Assembly: GCA_035063585.1 (NCBI GenBank)
Contig: JAPSGB010000023.1
Span: 16,805 to 80,804, forward strand
Source: Polyangiaceae bacterium
GTDB lineage: Bacteria > Myxococcota_A > Polyangia > Polyangiales > Polyangiaceae
Direction of reading: 5' to 3'
DNA length: 64,000 nucleotides
Below the pieces are notes generated by a model that ran no database searches, was not told the DNA's origin, and saw nothing but the letters and a program-made list of their open reading frames with translations. Made by a program: the position numbers and the translations under genes. Of this stretch, positions 1-10,242 are shown piece after piece. Every line of letters starts with the position of its first letter. The first letter of the stretch is position 1.

Positions 1-538
1 GGATGCTCCCTTCCGGAGCGAGGTGGTGCATCGCCTGGGCGAGCGCGCTGAGATCGTCCGGGCGATGGGCGGGGTCGGCGACCAGCGCCTTCACGAGCAC
101 CGCCTCGAGCGCCGGGGGCAGCGTGGGCACGACCTCGGTGGGGCGCCGCATGCCCGGGCCGACCGAGAGGCCGGTGACGAGCTCGTACAGCATCGCTCCG
201 ACCGCGTAGACGCTGGCCCGCGCGTTGCCGGAGCCGCCCGCGCGCTCTTCGGGCGCGAGACACGCCTTGTCGCGCGGCAGCACCGGGGGCTGGCTCGAGA
301 GTCCCGGCGCGATGCTGTAGTGCCCGAGGTCGTCCAGCGCGATGGACGAGGGGTGGAGCAGCAGCGACTCGCCGGCCGCGTGCCGATCGGCCGCCTCGAC
401 GCAGATCGGGACGATGATGCCGATCGCTTGCCGCAGCGTGAACGGCTTGCCGGTCGCGCGCAGCTCCTCGATCTTGGCTCGGAGCGTGCCGGGGAGCACG
501 GCGGCGCCGACCGGCAGCGGGGTACCCATGGAAGACAT
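1..538 (-). CDS. Ser/Thr kinase-like (probable pseudokinase) domain protein, 5' part only (runs off window)
   Basis: Own translation, not in ORF track: MSSMGTPLP...LHPSSIALDD...LAPEERAG...ASVYAVGAMLYELVTG...LVKALVADPAHRP. Kinase C-lobe motifs (APE, xVYxxGxxLYELxTG, DPxxRP) are present; HRD and DFG are missing. Confidence 0.7.
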   Translation of the reverse strand, partial: MSSMGTPLPVGAAVLPGTLRAKIEELRATGKPFTLRQAIGIIVPICVEAADRHAAGESLLLHPSSIALDDLGHYSIAPGLSSQPPVLPRDKACLAPEERAGGSGNARASVYAVGAMLYELVTGLSVGPGMRRPTEVVPTLPPALEAVLVKALVADPAHRPDDLSALAQAMHHLAPEGSI

Positions 539-613
539 TGCCGGGCGCGGATACTAGAACACCGCGGCGGCTTCGGCTACAGCGAGAGCGCGCGAGCGAG
601 CGTCACGGCCACA

Positions 614-1483
614 TCAGAGCGGTGTCTCGTCGTCGCGACTCCCGCCGTTCCACGGCTCGCGACGCTTCGTATAGGTGCCGCCGACGAACTTGCCGAGCAC
701 CGGCGCGATGTTCGGGGCGATGTCCTCGTCCCACTCGCCGCCGTCGATGTAGTCGATCGGCCGATCGTCGGCGTCGAGGAGCGCGAACCCCGGATACCGA
801 TCGAGCGGCATCCGCAGCCGTCCGAGCTCCAGCGCGAAATCTCGCGCGTTCAGCCGCACGAGCCGCACTCCGGCGAGCGCCCGCTGGAGCGCCGGATCGG
901 GGAGCGAGACGGCGACCCCGTTGCACGGACGGCACCGCTCGACCACGAGCCAGAGGAGCAGCTTCTCGCCCGCCTTCTGAGCGAGGCTGCGCTGCTCGTC
1001 GAGCGCGGCGCGCAGGGAGCGCACGTCGGGGCCCAAATCGACCAGCGTCAGCGCGCCGACCTGGCTCACCACGACGCCGTCGTCGCGCGACGCGGCGCCC
1101 GCGCCGGCCGCCGGCGCCGCCCGAGCGCGAGCCGATGGCGTGGCGGCCGGCGGCGCGAGCAGTGGCGCCGGCGAGGCGTACGTCGGAGGCGGGGGCTTGG
1201 GTCGCGCGGCGTAGGCGATGAGCGCCGCGAGCCCCGCGACGCAGGCGGCCACGTTCACGAGGCCGAGCGCGATGCCGCCGTTGGCGAGGCCGCGGCCGGT
1301 CTGTCGTCCGTTCGAGCGGGAAATTTCTCCCCTCGCCAGCACACCGAGCGCGACCCCGAGCAGGCCGCCCACACCGACCAGGCACACGAACCCAAGGCTC
1401 GCGAGCGCCAGCGACCACACCGCCGCGCGGTTGGTCCGCGGCGCCTCGGCTGCGTAAGGGTCCAGGAGTGGGCCGTCCACCAC
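614..1483 (-). CDS. DUF4190-like membrane protein with C-terminal thioredoxin-like (CRPC) domain
   Basis: N-terminal TNRAAVWSLAL...GVALGVLARGEI...GRGLA..GIALG is typical of DUF4190; Pro/Ala linker; LLLWLVVERCRPC motif. Confidence 0.7.
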   Translation of the reverse strand: MVDGPLLDPYAAEAPRTNRAAVWSLALASLGFVCLVGVGGLLGVALGVLARGEISRSNGRQTGRGLANGGIALGLVNVAACVAGLAALIAYAARPKPPPPTYASPAPLLAPPAATPSARARAAPAAGAGAASRDDGVVVSQVGALTLVDLGPDVRSLRAALDEQRSLAQKAGEKLLLWLVVERCRPCNGVAVSLPDPALQRALAGVRLVRLNARDFALELGRLRMPLDRYPGFALLDADDRPIDYIDGGEWDEDIAPNIAPVLGKFVGGTYTKRREPWNGGSRDDETPL

Positions 1484-1523
1484 GCCGCGAGTATAGCGCC
1501 GGCCCTCCGCCGCGCAGCCGTCG

Positions 1524-2150
1524 TCAGAACCCGATCCCCACGGTGGCTACCACGAGCAGCCACGGAGCGCCGTCGGTCGCGCTCGCGCCGCGGATCGCCG
1601 GCACCGTGCCGATGACGTCCAATCCCGCGCGCGCGTCGGCGTCGCGGATCGGGAGCACGTACTCGAGCGTGCCGCGTAGCGTCCCGACCCCGATGGTCGA
1701 GGCGGCGTGCTCGCCGGCGGCGTCGAGCGCGTCGACCCGCGCCACCGCCGCGCCCGCGCCCAGGATCGGGTGCAGGCGGTGTCCCGCGCCGAAGTCGAGC
1801 CACAGCTCGCCGCCATACTGCTGCAGTCCGCGATCCGCGCCGACCCGGACCCAGACGCCGCTCAGCCGAACCCCCGCGGCTCGCTGGCCGATGTCGAACG
1901 CCGCGTAGAGGCCCCCGTCGGGCTCGTGGCTCGAGATCCGGAGCGTCGGCCCGGTGTGGATGCGCACGCTCGAGCGCGGCGTCCAGCCCTCGGGTGCTTC
2001 CTCCCGCGCCAGTTCGGCCTCTCGCTGACCGTCGTAGCCCGGGCGCGCGATGCTCGGCCCGTCCGGCGGCTCGGCGAAGCCATGTGCGCTGGCCGCGCCG
2101 GCGACCCCGGTGATGGCGAGAAGCGTGAGCGTGCTGGCGATGGTCTTCAT
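1524..2150 (-). CDS. Secreted, probable small outer-membrane beta-barrel protein
   Basis: GGAGG RBS, signal peptide MKTIASTLTLLAITGVAGAASA, amphipathic strands, C-terminal Phe (VGIGF). Confidence 0.6.
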   Translation of the reverse strand: MKTIASTLTLLAITGVAGAASAHGFAEPPDGPSIARPGYDGQREAELAREEAPEGWTPRSSVRIHTGPTLRISSHEPDGGLYAAFDIGQRAAGVRLSGVWVRVGADRGLQQYGGELWLDFGAGHRLHPILGAGAAVARVDALDAAGEHAASTIGVGTLRGTLEYVLPIRDADARAGLDVIGTVPAIRGASATDGAPWLLVVATVGIGF

Positions 2151-2423
2151 GGTTGCCTCCAAGCGGTCTCCCTCGGAAACGCAGGACGGCTGGCGTCCCT
2201 TACGCCCGGTGGCTCGAGCTGGCGGCACCACCCCCTTGGGTCCCGGCGGCTCGGGTGTCGGTGCGGCGCGCAGCCACCCGGCTCGGACCCTCGCCCCGCG
2301 TCGCGCTCCCCGCGCCGTCGGCGCCGCCGCGAGCGGAGTCGGAGGCGGCCGCGCGCGACCTCGAAAATCGAGCTAACCCCGCGTTGCGGCTTAGAGATGG
2401 CGCGTGTTAGCGTCGCCGGCGAG

Positions 2424-5400
2424 ATGGATCCCCGCGAGATGGACGCGCTGGTTCAGCGCTTGGTCCAAAATCCGCACGACCAAGAAGCGATCACCTACGC
2501 GCACCACGCGGGACAGAGCGATCCCCGCTCGTACGCGATGCTGCTCGAGAAGGTGGGAACCGCGACCAGCGATCCCGCCTTCGCCAGCCACTGGCTGACC
2601 GAGGCCGCGAACGTATGGTCGACCACGCTCGGCGACGCGCACCGCGCGGCCCGCGCGCTCATGATCGCCATCGATCGCGATCCGACGCAGGCGACACCCG
2701 CCGAGCGGCTCGCCGAGCTCTACCGCGAGAAGGGTGACAGCCGAGCGCTCGTGGCCCTGCTCGAGCGGCGCGCCAAGGCGCTCGCGCCGCTCGCCGAGCA
2801 GGATCCGCAGATGCGCGCGCACGTCGCCGGGATCCACGAGGAGCTCGGCCGGCTGTGGGCCGAGCCACCGCTCTCGCAGCCGAAGAAGGCCATCGACAAC
2901 TATCGGCGCGCGGTCGAGTTCGAGCCGAGCAGCCAATACGCGATCTACGCGGCGCGGGAGCTCTACAAGGCCGCCGGCCAATGGCTGGACGCCATCCCGT
3001 ACTTCGCGTTGGAGCAGGCGCTGGTCTCGGATCCGGAGCGGCGCGTCGCGCTCTACCAAGACGAGGCCGAGGTGCGACGGAGCGCCGGGGATCTCTCCGG
3101 CGCGACCGAGGCGCTCCGCATCGCCCGCTCGATCGAGGGCGGCGCGGATCCCGGCCTGAAGCAACTCGTCGCCAGCTTCGTGCTCGAGCGCGCGCAGGCC
3201 GGTGAGCCGCTAGGCGCTCCCGAGCGAGCCGAGGCCGCGCAGCTCTTCGTGGAGCTCGCCGAGGAGTACCAAGGAGAGCACGGCTACTCGTACTCGAGCT
3301 GCGCGCTCGACCTCGAGCCCGGCAATGATCGCGCCGTGCAGCTCGCCATGTACTATGGGGCGCAGCTCGGCCGCGACGCCGAGCTCGCGCCCCGCGCCGC
3401 CGCGTACCTGGCAGCGAACCCGGACGGGCCGCTCGCGGGTGAGGCGCGCGCGCTGGCGGGGCAAGCGAGCCCGCCCGCCGCGGCGCGCGCGGCGAGCCTG
3501 GCGGAGGAAGACTCGGCGCCCGACGCGTCGGCGCCCTTCGCCGCCGCGCCCAACCCGGATCGCGTGCGCGCGCTCCTCGACTCGGCGGACGAGCTGATCC
3601 GCAAGGGTAAGAAGGGCGAGGCGGCGGCCAAATATCAGGAGGTGGTGAGCCTCGAGCCGGCCAACCACGAGGCGGTCGGCTTTCTGGAAGGCCACCTCCG
3701 CCAGACCCGCAAGTACGCCGAGCTCCGCGACATGCTGCTCGGCGCGACCCGCGTCCCCGGCGTCGACGGTGAGGCGCGCAAGGGCTGGCTGCGCGAGATC
3801 GCCGGGCTCTGCGAGACGCAGCTCCGCGACCTCGAGACCGCCATTTCTGCGTGGAAACAGCTCGCCGCGCTCGACCGCAGCGACGATGGGCCGCGCACCC
3901 AGCTCCGCCGCTTGCTCGAGCGTGCCGGGCAGTGGGACGATCTCGCCACGCTGCTCGAGCAGGAAGCGGAGCAGACCACCGACGTCGAGGCGCGCATAGC
4001 GCTCGAGAAGAACCTGGCGAAGCTCCACGAGCAGAAGCGGAAGGACCCGGTCGCGACCGGTGAGGCGTGGGCACGCATCGCCGGTCTCACGCCCGATGAC
4101 GAGGCCGCGCTCACCACCGCGATTCGTCATTTCGAGAAGGGTCAGCGCCCCGATCTCGCCGCGCAAGCCATCGCCGACAACGTCGGCACCATCTCGGACG
4201 AGCGGGCGCGCGCGCACCTCTACAAGAAGCTCGGCGAGCTCCGCGAGGCGTCCGGCGAGACGCTCGCGGCCGGCGAGGCCTACGCCGAGGGCGCGGGCGT
4301 GAGCAAGGACCCGAGCCTCTGGGAGGCAGCCGAGCGGTGCTTCGTCCAGGCCGAGTCCTGGGATCAGGCCGCGACCGCCATCGACGAGCGCGCCAAGCTG
4401 GGTAGCCGCCCGAAGGAGCAGGCCGGGCTCTACGCCACCGAGGCGACGTACCTCACCCGAGCCGGCGACGAGTCGAGCGCGGTCCTGCGACTCGAGCAAG
4501 CCACCGACCTCGATCCGTCGAGCGACGAGTTCGCCGGGACGCTGGAGGAGCGCTACGCGAGCGCGGGGCGAAGTGACGACCTCGCCGCCTATCTCCTGCG
4601 CCGCGCCGAGAAGCTCCAAGACAAGACGGCGCGGGTCGCGCTTCGGAAGCGCGCCGCGGTCATCCAGCGGGACGCGCTCAGCGACCCGGAGATGGCCCGC
4701 GAGAGCCTCCTGCTCGTGCTCAACGACGGCGACGACGTGGAGGCGCTCACTCTGCTCGCCGACGACGCCGACGCGCGGGGCGAGGCGAGCGAGGCGGTCG
4801 ATTATCTCCATCGGCTCGGCAAGGCGGTGAGCGGCGCCGAGAAGCTCGAGATCGTGATGCGCGAGGCCGCCCTCGTCGCCGAGCGCCTCGACGATGCCGA
4901 GGGCGCCATCGAACGATACGAGCTCGTGCTCCGCGAGCTCGATCCGAAATCGGAGGCAGCGCTCACGGCCATCGTGGAGCTCCACGACAAGCGCGGCGAC
5001 GCGCGCGCGACCGCCGAGGCGCTCGAGCGTCACCTCGGCATCGCCGAAGACACGGCCGTCAAGCTCGACCTCGCACAGCGGCTCGCGGGGCTGTATGAAG
5101 GGCCCCTCGACGACCAGCGGGCGGCGATCCGCGCGCTCGACATCGTGCGCGAGCTCGACGCCGAGGATTTCGACGCGCTCCAGCGCCTCGCGGAGCTCGC
5201 GGAGGCGGTGGAGGACTGGCCGCGCGTCGCGTCGCACCTGGCGGCGCTCATCGAGGTAGAGGGTGATGACGCCGAGGTGAGCCGCATGACGCGGCGGCTC
5301 GCCGAGATCCTCCACGAGAAGGTCGGCAAGGGCGACGAGGCGCTCGCTGCGCTCCTCGGGGTGGCCGATGGCGGCGATGAAGAGAGCCGGCAAGCGTACG

Positions 5401-7307
5401 TGAAGCTCGGTGATGAGCTCGGCTGGAAGGGGATCGTCGCGACCAAGCTGGTCGAGTGGTACCTCGAGGCGCCGATTGGCCCGGCACGCAACGAGTCGCT
5501 CCGCGGCGCGTTCGAGCGGTTCGTGGAGGTCGGCCGCGACGCGGACGCGGCCAATGTCGCCAAGGAGCTCGCGCGCACGCGCGGCGCCGACGCCGAGCTG
5601 GCCCAGCGGCTCGAGGAGCTCGCCATCAAGCTGAAGGACGTCGACGCGCTCGGCGTCGCGCACGATCTGATGATCGATGGCTTGAGCGGCCCCCCGCGCG
5701 CGGAGGAGCTGGTGCGTCAGGCGGAGGTGCTGCTCGAAGCGGGCGTCGACCCGGAGGAGGCGATCCAGCACGGGGAGCAGGCGCTCACGAGCGTCGCGCC
5801 GGAGGAGGTCGAGCCGCTCCTCGCGCGGATCGCCAAGATCGCGCAGACGCCGGGCCACGTCATCGACCTCTACGAGCGGCAGGTCACCCGTTGCAAGGCG
5901 CCGAATGACCGCCTCCGCGCGCTGGCACGCGCGGCGGAGATCGCCGCCGAGCACGGCGCGCTCGACCGGGCGCGTGGGTTCTTCGATCTGGCGCTCGGCG
6001 GCGGAGTGCAGGACGAGACGCTCTCCGCGCTCGAGGAGGTCGCGCGCGAGGGGGACACGGCGAGCGGTGGGACCAGGCTCCGCGCGACCCTCGCCGAGGC
6101 GCTGGCCGCCGGTGGGCAGGGCTCCCGAGACGGAGGCCGGACCCGGAGCGCGCTCCTGCGCCGCGCCGCGCGCATCGCGTTCAGCGATCTGGGCGACGCG
6201 GACCGGGCGTTCCGCTGGCTCGGGGATGCGCTGGTCACTCACGTCGACGACGAGGGCCTCGACGCGCTCGAGGCGTTCGCGCTCGAGGTCGGCGATCCGC
6301 GTCGTATCGAGGCGGTGCTCGATCGCGCGCTCGAGGAGGTGTTCGACGGCCCGCTGGTGCGCAAGCTCTTGGCGCGTCGAGCCAGCACGCGCCGGGACCG
6401 CCTCGACGACAAACTCGGCGCGGCAGGCGACCTGAAGCGGCTCCACGATCTGTCTCCCTCGGACACGGACGTCATGGACCAGCTCTCCCGGCTCTACACC
6501 GAGCTCGAGGACTGGCGGGGGATGGTCCAGCTCTACGAAGATCAAATCCTCCGCGGCAAGGATCAGGCTGCCCGCGCGGAGCTGGCGCGTAAGGTCGCGC
6601 GGCTCTGGGAGGAGAAGCTCTTCGACGCGCGCGAGGCGGCCGACGCCTGGCGCCGCGTGCTCCGAATGAAGGCGGGCGATCCCGAAGCGACCGAGGGGCT
6701 CGAGCGCGCCAAGGCGGACATGCTGAAGCCCCGCAGCGAGCGCCCGGCGCCACCCGCCGCGCGCTCGGCGCCGCCGCCCGCCCGTAGCTCGACGCCGCCG
6801 CCCGCCCCGAAACCCGAGCCCGATCCCGAGCCGGCCCCGGCCGAGCTCGCGCCTGCCGAGCCCGAGCCGGGCGCGCTCCCGGCCGAGCCCGGCTCGGCGC
6901 GCGCCGCGGAGGGAGCCACCACCACGACCGAGCGAACCGCTCCGCCCGCGCCGCCCGAGCATCACGCCGATGACGAGCGCACGGTGACCGAGGTGGCGCT
7001 CACACCCGACGCCGGGGCCGCGCAAGACGACGACGAGGATGAGGACGTGCCGACCGTGCCGCCGCCGCCGGAGGCCGCGGAGGCGACGCACGAGTCGCCG
7101 GCCAGCGCGTCCGAGGCCGCGCTACCGTCGTCACCGCCGCCGAGGAGCGTGCCACCGCCGCCGCCGTCGCGCGCGAGCGGCCGCCCGCCGCCGCGGAGCG
7201 CTCCGCCGCCTCCCTCGTCCCACGAGGCCGTGCCTGTCGAGGACGACGCCGAGGACGTCGACGAGGACGAGCTCGTGGTCGATGACGCCGAGCTCCTCGA
7301 CGACTGA
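2424..7307 (+). CDS. Large TPR-repeat protein with Pro-rich/acidic C-terminal tail
   Basis: About 1627 aa of helical TPR-like repeats (AIDNYRRAVEFEPSS, AADAWRRVLRMKAGD) with high GC3 codon usage; resembles large myxobacterial TPR scaffolds. Confidence 0.8.
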   Translation: MDPREMDALVQRLVQNPHDQEAITYAHHAGQSDPRSYAMLLEKVGTATSDPAFASHWLTEAANVWSTTLGDAHRAARALMIAIDRDPTQATPAERLAELYREKGDSRALVALLERRAKALAPLAEQDPQMRAHVAGIHEELGRLWAEPPLSQPKKAIDNYRRAVEFEPSSQYAIYAARELYKAAGQWLDAIPYFALEQALVSDPERRVALYQDEAEVRRSAGDLSGATEALRIARSIEGGADPGLKQLVASFVLERAQAGEPLGAPERAEAAQLFVELAEEYQGEHGYSYSSCALDLEPGNDRAVQLAMYYGAQLGRDAELAPRAAAYLAANPDGPLAGEARALAGQASPPAAARAASLAEEDSAPDASAPFAAAPNPDRVRALLDSADELIRKGKKGEAAAKYQEVVSLEPANHEAVGFLEGHLRQTRKYAELRDMLLGATRVPGVDGEARKGWLREIAGLCETQLRDLETAISAWKQLAALDRSDDGPRTQLRRLLERAGQWDDLATLLEQEAEQTTDVEARIALEKNLAKLHEQKRKDPVATGEAWARIAGLTPDDEAALTTAIRHFEKGQRPDLAAQAIADNVGTISDERARAHLYKKLGELREASGETLAAGEAYAEGAGVSKDPSLWEAAERCFVQAESWDQAATAIDERAKLGSRPKEQAGLYATEATYLTRAGDESSAVLRLEQATDLDPSSDEFAGTLEERYASAGRSDDLAAYLLRRAEKLQDKTARVALRKRAAVIQRDALSDPEMARESLLLVLNDGDDVEALTLLADDADARGEASEAVDYLHRLGKAVSGAEKLEIVMREAALVAERLDDAEGAIERYELVLRELDPKSEAALTAIVELHDKRGDARATAEALERHLGIAEDTAVKLDLAQRLAGLYEGPLDDQRAAIRALDIVRELDAEDFDALQRLAELAEAVEDWPRVASHLAALIEVEGDDAEVSRMTRRLAEILHEKVGKGDEALAALLGVADGGDEESRQAYVKLGDELGWKGIVATKLVEWYLEAPIGPARNESLRGAFERFVEVGRDADAANVAKELARTRGADAELAQRLEELAIKLKDVDALGVAHDLMIDGLSGPPRAEELVRQAEVLLEAGVDPEEAIQHGEQALTSVAPEEVEPLLARIAKIAQTPGHVIDLYERQVTRCKAPNDRLRALARAAEIAAEHGALDRARGFFDLALGGGVQDETLSALEEVAREGDTASGGTRLRATLAEALAAGGQGSRDGGRTRSALLRRAARIAFSDLGDADRAFRWLGDALVTHVDDEGLDALEAFALEVGDPRRIEAVLDRALEEVFDGPLVRKLLARRASTRRDRLDDKLGAAGDLKRLHDLSPSDTDVMDQLSRLYTELEDWRGMVQLYEDQILRGKDQAARAELARKVARLWEEKLFDAREAADAWRRVLRMKAGDPEATEGLERAKADMLKPRSERPAPPAARSAPPPARSSTPPPAPKPEPDPEPAPAELAPAEPEPGALPAEPGSARAAEGATTTTERTAPPAPPEHHADDERTVTEVALTPDAGAAQDDDEDEDVPTVPPPPEAAEATHESPASASEAALPSSPPPRSVPPPPPSRASGRPPPRSAPPPPSSHEAVPVEDDAEDVDEDELVVDDAELLDD

Positions 7308-7312
7308 GCAGC

Positions 7313-8197
7313 TCACTCGCCGAAGCTGAGGAGCCCGGCGGAAGTGTCGAGCACCGCCCTCAGCCCGAGCGGGAGCGGCTCGTTCCACGCGCCGTGTCCG
7401 AAGTGGAGCCCGGCGGCGACCGGGACGCCGAGCTCGGCGAGCCGCTCGCGGAGCGCGGCCTCGGCGGAGACCTCGAACGGGCCCGACGGACAGCTCGTGA
7501 AATCTCCGACCACGACGGCCGCGACGCGATCGAGGTGCCCGCCGACCATGAGCGAGGTGAGCATGCGGTCGAGGCGATAGGAGCTCTCCGTCACGTCCTC
7601 GAGCGCGAGCACGCCGCCCTCCGGCAAGAACAGCCGGCCCGCCGCGGCGCAGGCGGCCAGCATCGCCAAGTTTCCGCCGCAGAGCGTCCCGGTGGCGCGC
7701 CCGCTCGCCCACGTCTCGAGCCCGTCGTGGCGTCGCGCGCGGGTCGGATGCTCGAGGGCCGCGAGCCAGCGCGAGCGCGCCGCCGCGTCGCCACGCCCGA
7801 GCCCGGCGGCGTTGTGCGCGTGCAGCGAGGCGACGCCGTGGCGAGCCGCCTCGACGTGGAGCACCGTGACGTCCGAGAAACCCACCAGCCACCGAGGCGC
7901 CGAGTGGAGCGCCGAGAAGTCCACCTGGTGGGCGATGCGGCCGAGCCCGTAGCCGCCGCGCGCCGCGATGACCGCGGCGACCCCCGGCGCGCGGAGCGCG
8001 CGCTCGAGTTCGGCGCGCCGGCGCCCGTCGGTGCCCGCCAGGTACCCGCTACGGCTGAACAGGCCGGGCTCGAACTCGACGCGGTACCGCTCGGCGAGCC
8101 AGCCCACGCCTCGCATGAGCAGCGTTCGGTCGAAGGGGCCGGAGGGGGCCACGACCCGGACACGGTCGCCGGGTCGGAGCGGCGGGGGCACGAGCAC
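7313..8197 (-). CDS. LD-carboxypeptidase (peptidase S66, muramoyltetrapeptide carboxypeptidase)
   Basis: LRPGDRVRVVAPSGP, ARGGYG, GFSDVT (catalytic Ser), GGNL, LEDVTE, FGHG motifs. Confidence 0.9.
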   Translation of the reverse strand: MLVPPPLRPGDRVRVVAPSGPFDRTLLMRGVGWLAERYRVEFEPGLFSRSGYLAGTDGRRRAELERALRAPGVAAVIAARGGYGLGRIAHQVDFSALHSAPRWLVGFSDVTVLHVEAARHGVASLHAHNAAGLGRGDAAARSRWLAALEHPTRARRHDGLETWASGRATGTLCGGNLAMLAACAAAGRLFLPEGGVLALEDVTESSYRLDRMLTSLMVGGHLDRVAAVVVGDFTSCPSGPFEVSAEAALRERLAELGVPVAAGLHFGHGAWNEPLPLGLRAVLDTSAGLLSFGE

Positions 8198-8272
8198 GCG
8201 GACATCGTCTCGGGCGCGGGCGACCGGCGTCAAGGCCTGCCGATTTCGGCTCGGGCTGATAGAGTCGCGGGC

Positions 8273-9199
8273 GTGGACCGGAGGCGCGCGCTCGCACGAC
8301 TGACCGACGTCGCGGCAAGGGACGTCATCCCGCTCGGGCAGCGGTTCGCCGCCGGGCTCCGTCGCTCCGCCGACGAGCTCACCCTCCGGCTGGTCGGTCC
8401 CGATTTCGACGATCGGGTGCAGCAGCTCCGCGAGCGGTATCTCGTCGCCGGCGGCGATCCGTTCGGGCTCGATCCGGACACCGCGAAATACGCCATCTTG
8501 GTGTGCGCGTTCTTCCATCGGATGTGGTTCCGCACCGAGGTCCACGACATCGAGCACGTCCCGCCGGGCCGAGTGCTCCTCATCGCGAACCACTCGGGGC
8601 AGGTGCCCATCGACGGCGCCATCATCGGCTCGGCGATGTTCCTCGACGCCGAGCCCCCGCGGATGATCCGCGCGATGGTCGAGAAATGGGCGCTCACCCT
8701 ACCGTTCGTCGGTACCTTCTTCAACCGGGTCGGGCAGGTGGTCGGCGTTCCGGAGAACGCGCGCCGCCTGCTCGAGAACGACGAGATGCTGCTCGTCTTC
8801 CCCGAGGGGACGCGCGGCATCAACAAACCGTTCAACCGGCGCTACCAGCTCGAGGAGTTCGGGCTCGGCTTCATGCGGCTCGCCATCGAGACCGGGACGC
8901 CGATCGTCCCGGTGGCCGTCATCGGCGCCGAGGAGCAGTACGTCAACCTCGGCAACGTCGAGTGGCTCGCGCGCACGCTCGGGATGCCGTCCTTCCCGGT
9001 GATGCCGCAGCTCGCGGTGCCGGGCGGGCAGCTGCCGCTGCCCACGAAGTATCGGCTCTACTTCGCCGAGCCCATGAGGTTCGACGGCGATCCCGACGAT
9101 GACGACGCGGTGCTCGAAGAGAAGGTGTGGCTCGTCAAGCAGACCATCCAAAGCATGCTGAACCGCGGGCTCAAGGCGCGAAAGGGGATCTTCTTCTGA
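8273..9199 (+). CDS. Lysophospholipid/glycerol acyltransferase family protein (PlsC-like)
   Basis: NHSGQVPIDG (HX4-5D-like), FPEGTRG, PIVPVAVIG motifs. Confidence 0.88.
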   Translation: MDRRRALARLTDVAARDVIPLGQRFAAGLRRSADELTLRLVGPDFDDRVQQLRERYLVAGGDPFGLDPDTAKYAILVCAFFHRMWFRTEVHDIEHVPPGRVLLIANHSGQVPIDGAIIGSAMFLDAEPPRMIRAMVEKWALTLPFVGTFFNRVGQVVGVPENARRLLENDEMLLVFPEGTRGINKPFNRRYQLEEFGLGFMRLAIETGTPIVPVAVIGAEEQYVNLGNVEWLARTLGMPSFPVMPQLAVPGGQLPLPTKYRLYFAEPMRFDGDPDDDDAVLEEKVWLVKQTIQSMLNRGLKARKGIFF

Positions 9200-10242
9200 T
9201 GTCCTCGGGGTCTTCGGCTCCGCCCGCGGGCGAGCGACGGGGGCCGTCGTCGCGGCGCCGCGAAGCGCGTCGCTCGACCGACCTGTCGATCGCCGACGCC
9301 GCGCGTCGCATCGAGGCGGGTTCGGTGGTCGTCACCGGCATCGTCGGGCGGCTCGGCCGGCGGCTCGCGCGCCAGCTCCACCGCGAGCGCGCCGTGATCG
9401 GCGTCGATCGGCGTGAGTTCCCCGATCGCCCGAAGGACATCGAGCATTTCCCCATCGACATCCGCCGGAAGAAGGCCCGCGACATCTTCCGGCGCCCGGA
9501 CGTCGGCGCGCTGGTGCACCTCGGGGTGTTCCACAACCCGCGCGGAAATAGCGAAGAGCACCACAGCTGGAACGTGCTCGGTTTCCAGAAGCTGCTCGAG
9601 TACGTGCGCGATTTCGACGTGCCGAAGTTGGTCCTCGTGTCGAGCGCGAACGTGTACGGCCCGCGCCCGGACAACCCGCAGTTCTTGAGCGAGGACGCGC
9701 CGCTGCTCGGCGCTGGCGCCTTCAGCGACATCCGCGATCTGGTCACCCTCGACATGCTCGCGCAGTCCTTCTTCTGGAAGTATCCGCGCACCGAGACGGT
9801 GATCCTGCGCCCGACACACATCCTCGGGACGGTGCGGAACGCGCCGAGCAACTACCTCCGGATGCAGGTCGTGCCGACCTTGATGGGTTTCGATCCGATG
9901 ATCCAGGCGGTACACCAAGACGATCTGGTGGAGGCGATCCGCCTGGCTCTCCGGCCCGGGATCCGTGGGATCTTCAACATCGGCGGCCCGCCGCCGGTGC
10001 CGCTCTCGCAGGCGCTGCGGCTCCTCGGGCGGGCCGCGCTCCCGATGCCGCACGCGGTGGCGAAGGTCGCCATCGAGCGGCTCTGGCGCTGGCGCATGAC
10101 CTCCTTTCCCGCGCCGGAGCTCGACTACATCCGCTACGTTTGCATGGTGGATGACTCACGCGCGCGCCACGTGCTCGGTTACTCGCCGCGCTTCGACCTC
10201 GAGGCCACGCTGAAGGCGGTCGACGAGGAGCGGTGGGTATGA
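9199..10242 (+). CDS. NAD-dependent epimerase/dehydratase (extended SDR)
   Basis: VVVTGIVGRLG Rossmann motif, SSANVYG; start overlaps upstream stop (TGATG). Confidence 0.85.
   Translation: MSSGSSAPPAGERRGPSSRRREARRSTDLSIADAARRIEAGSVVVTGIVGRLGRRLARQLHRERAVIGVDRREFPDRPKDIEHFPIDIRRKKARDIFRRPDVGALVHLGVFHNPRGNSEEHHSWNVLGFQKLLEYVRDFDVPKLVLVSSANVYGPRPDNPQFLSEDAPLLGAGAFSDIRDLVTLDMLAQSFFWKYPRTETVILRPTHILGTVRNAPSNYLRMQVVPTLMGFDPMIQAVHQDDLVEAIRLALRPGIRGIFNIGGPPPVPLSQALRLLGRAALPMPHAVAKVAIERLWRWRMTSFPAPELDYIRYVCMVDDSRARHVLGYSPRFDLEATLKAVDEERWV

Noticed and set aside
3210..7091. Very long antisense ORFs (also 56408-58822, 37438-39594, 15355-17304 and others)
   Set aside because: Shadow ORFs expected from high GC3 on the true coding strand; Arg/Ala-rich with no recognisable motifs.
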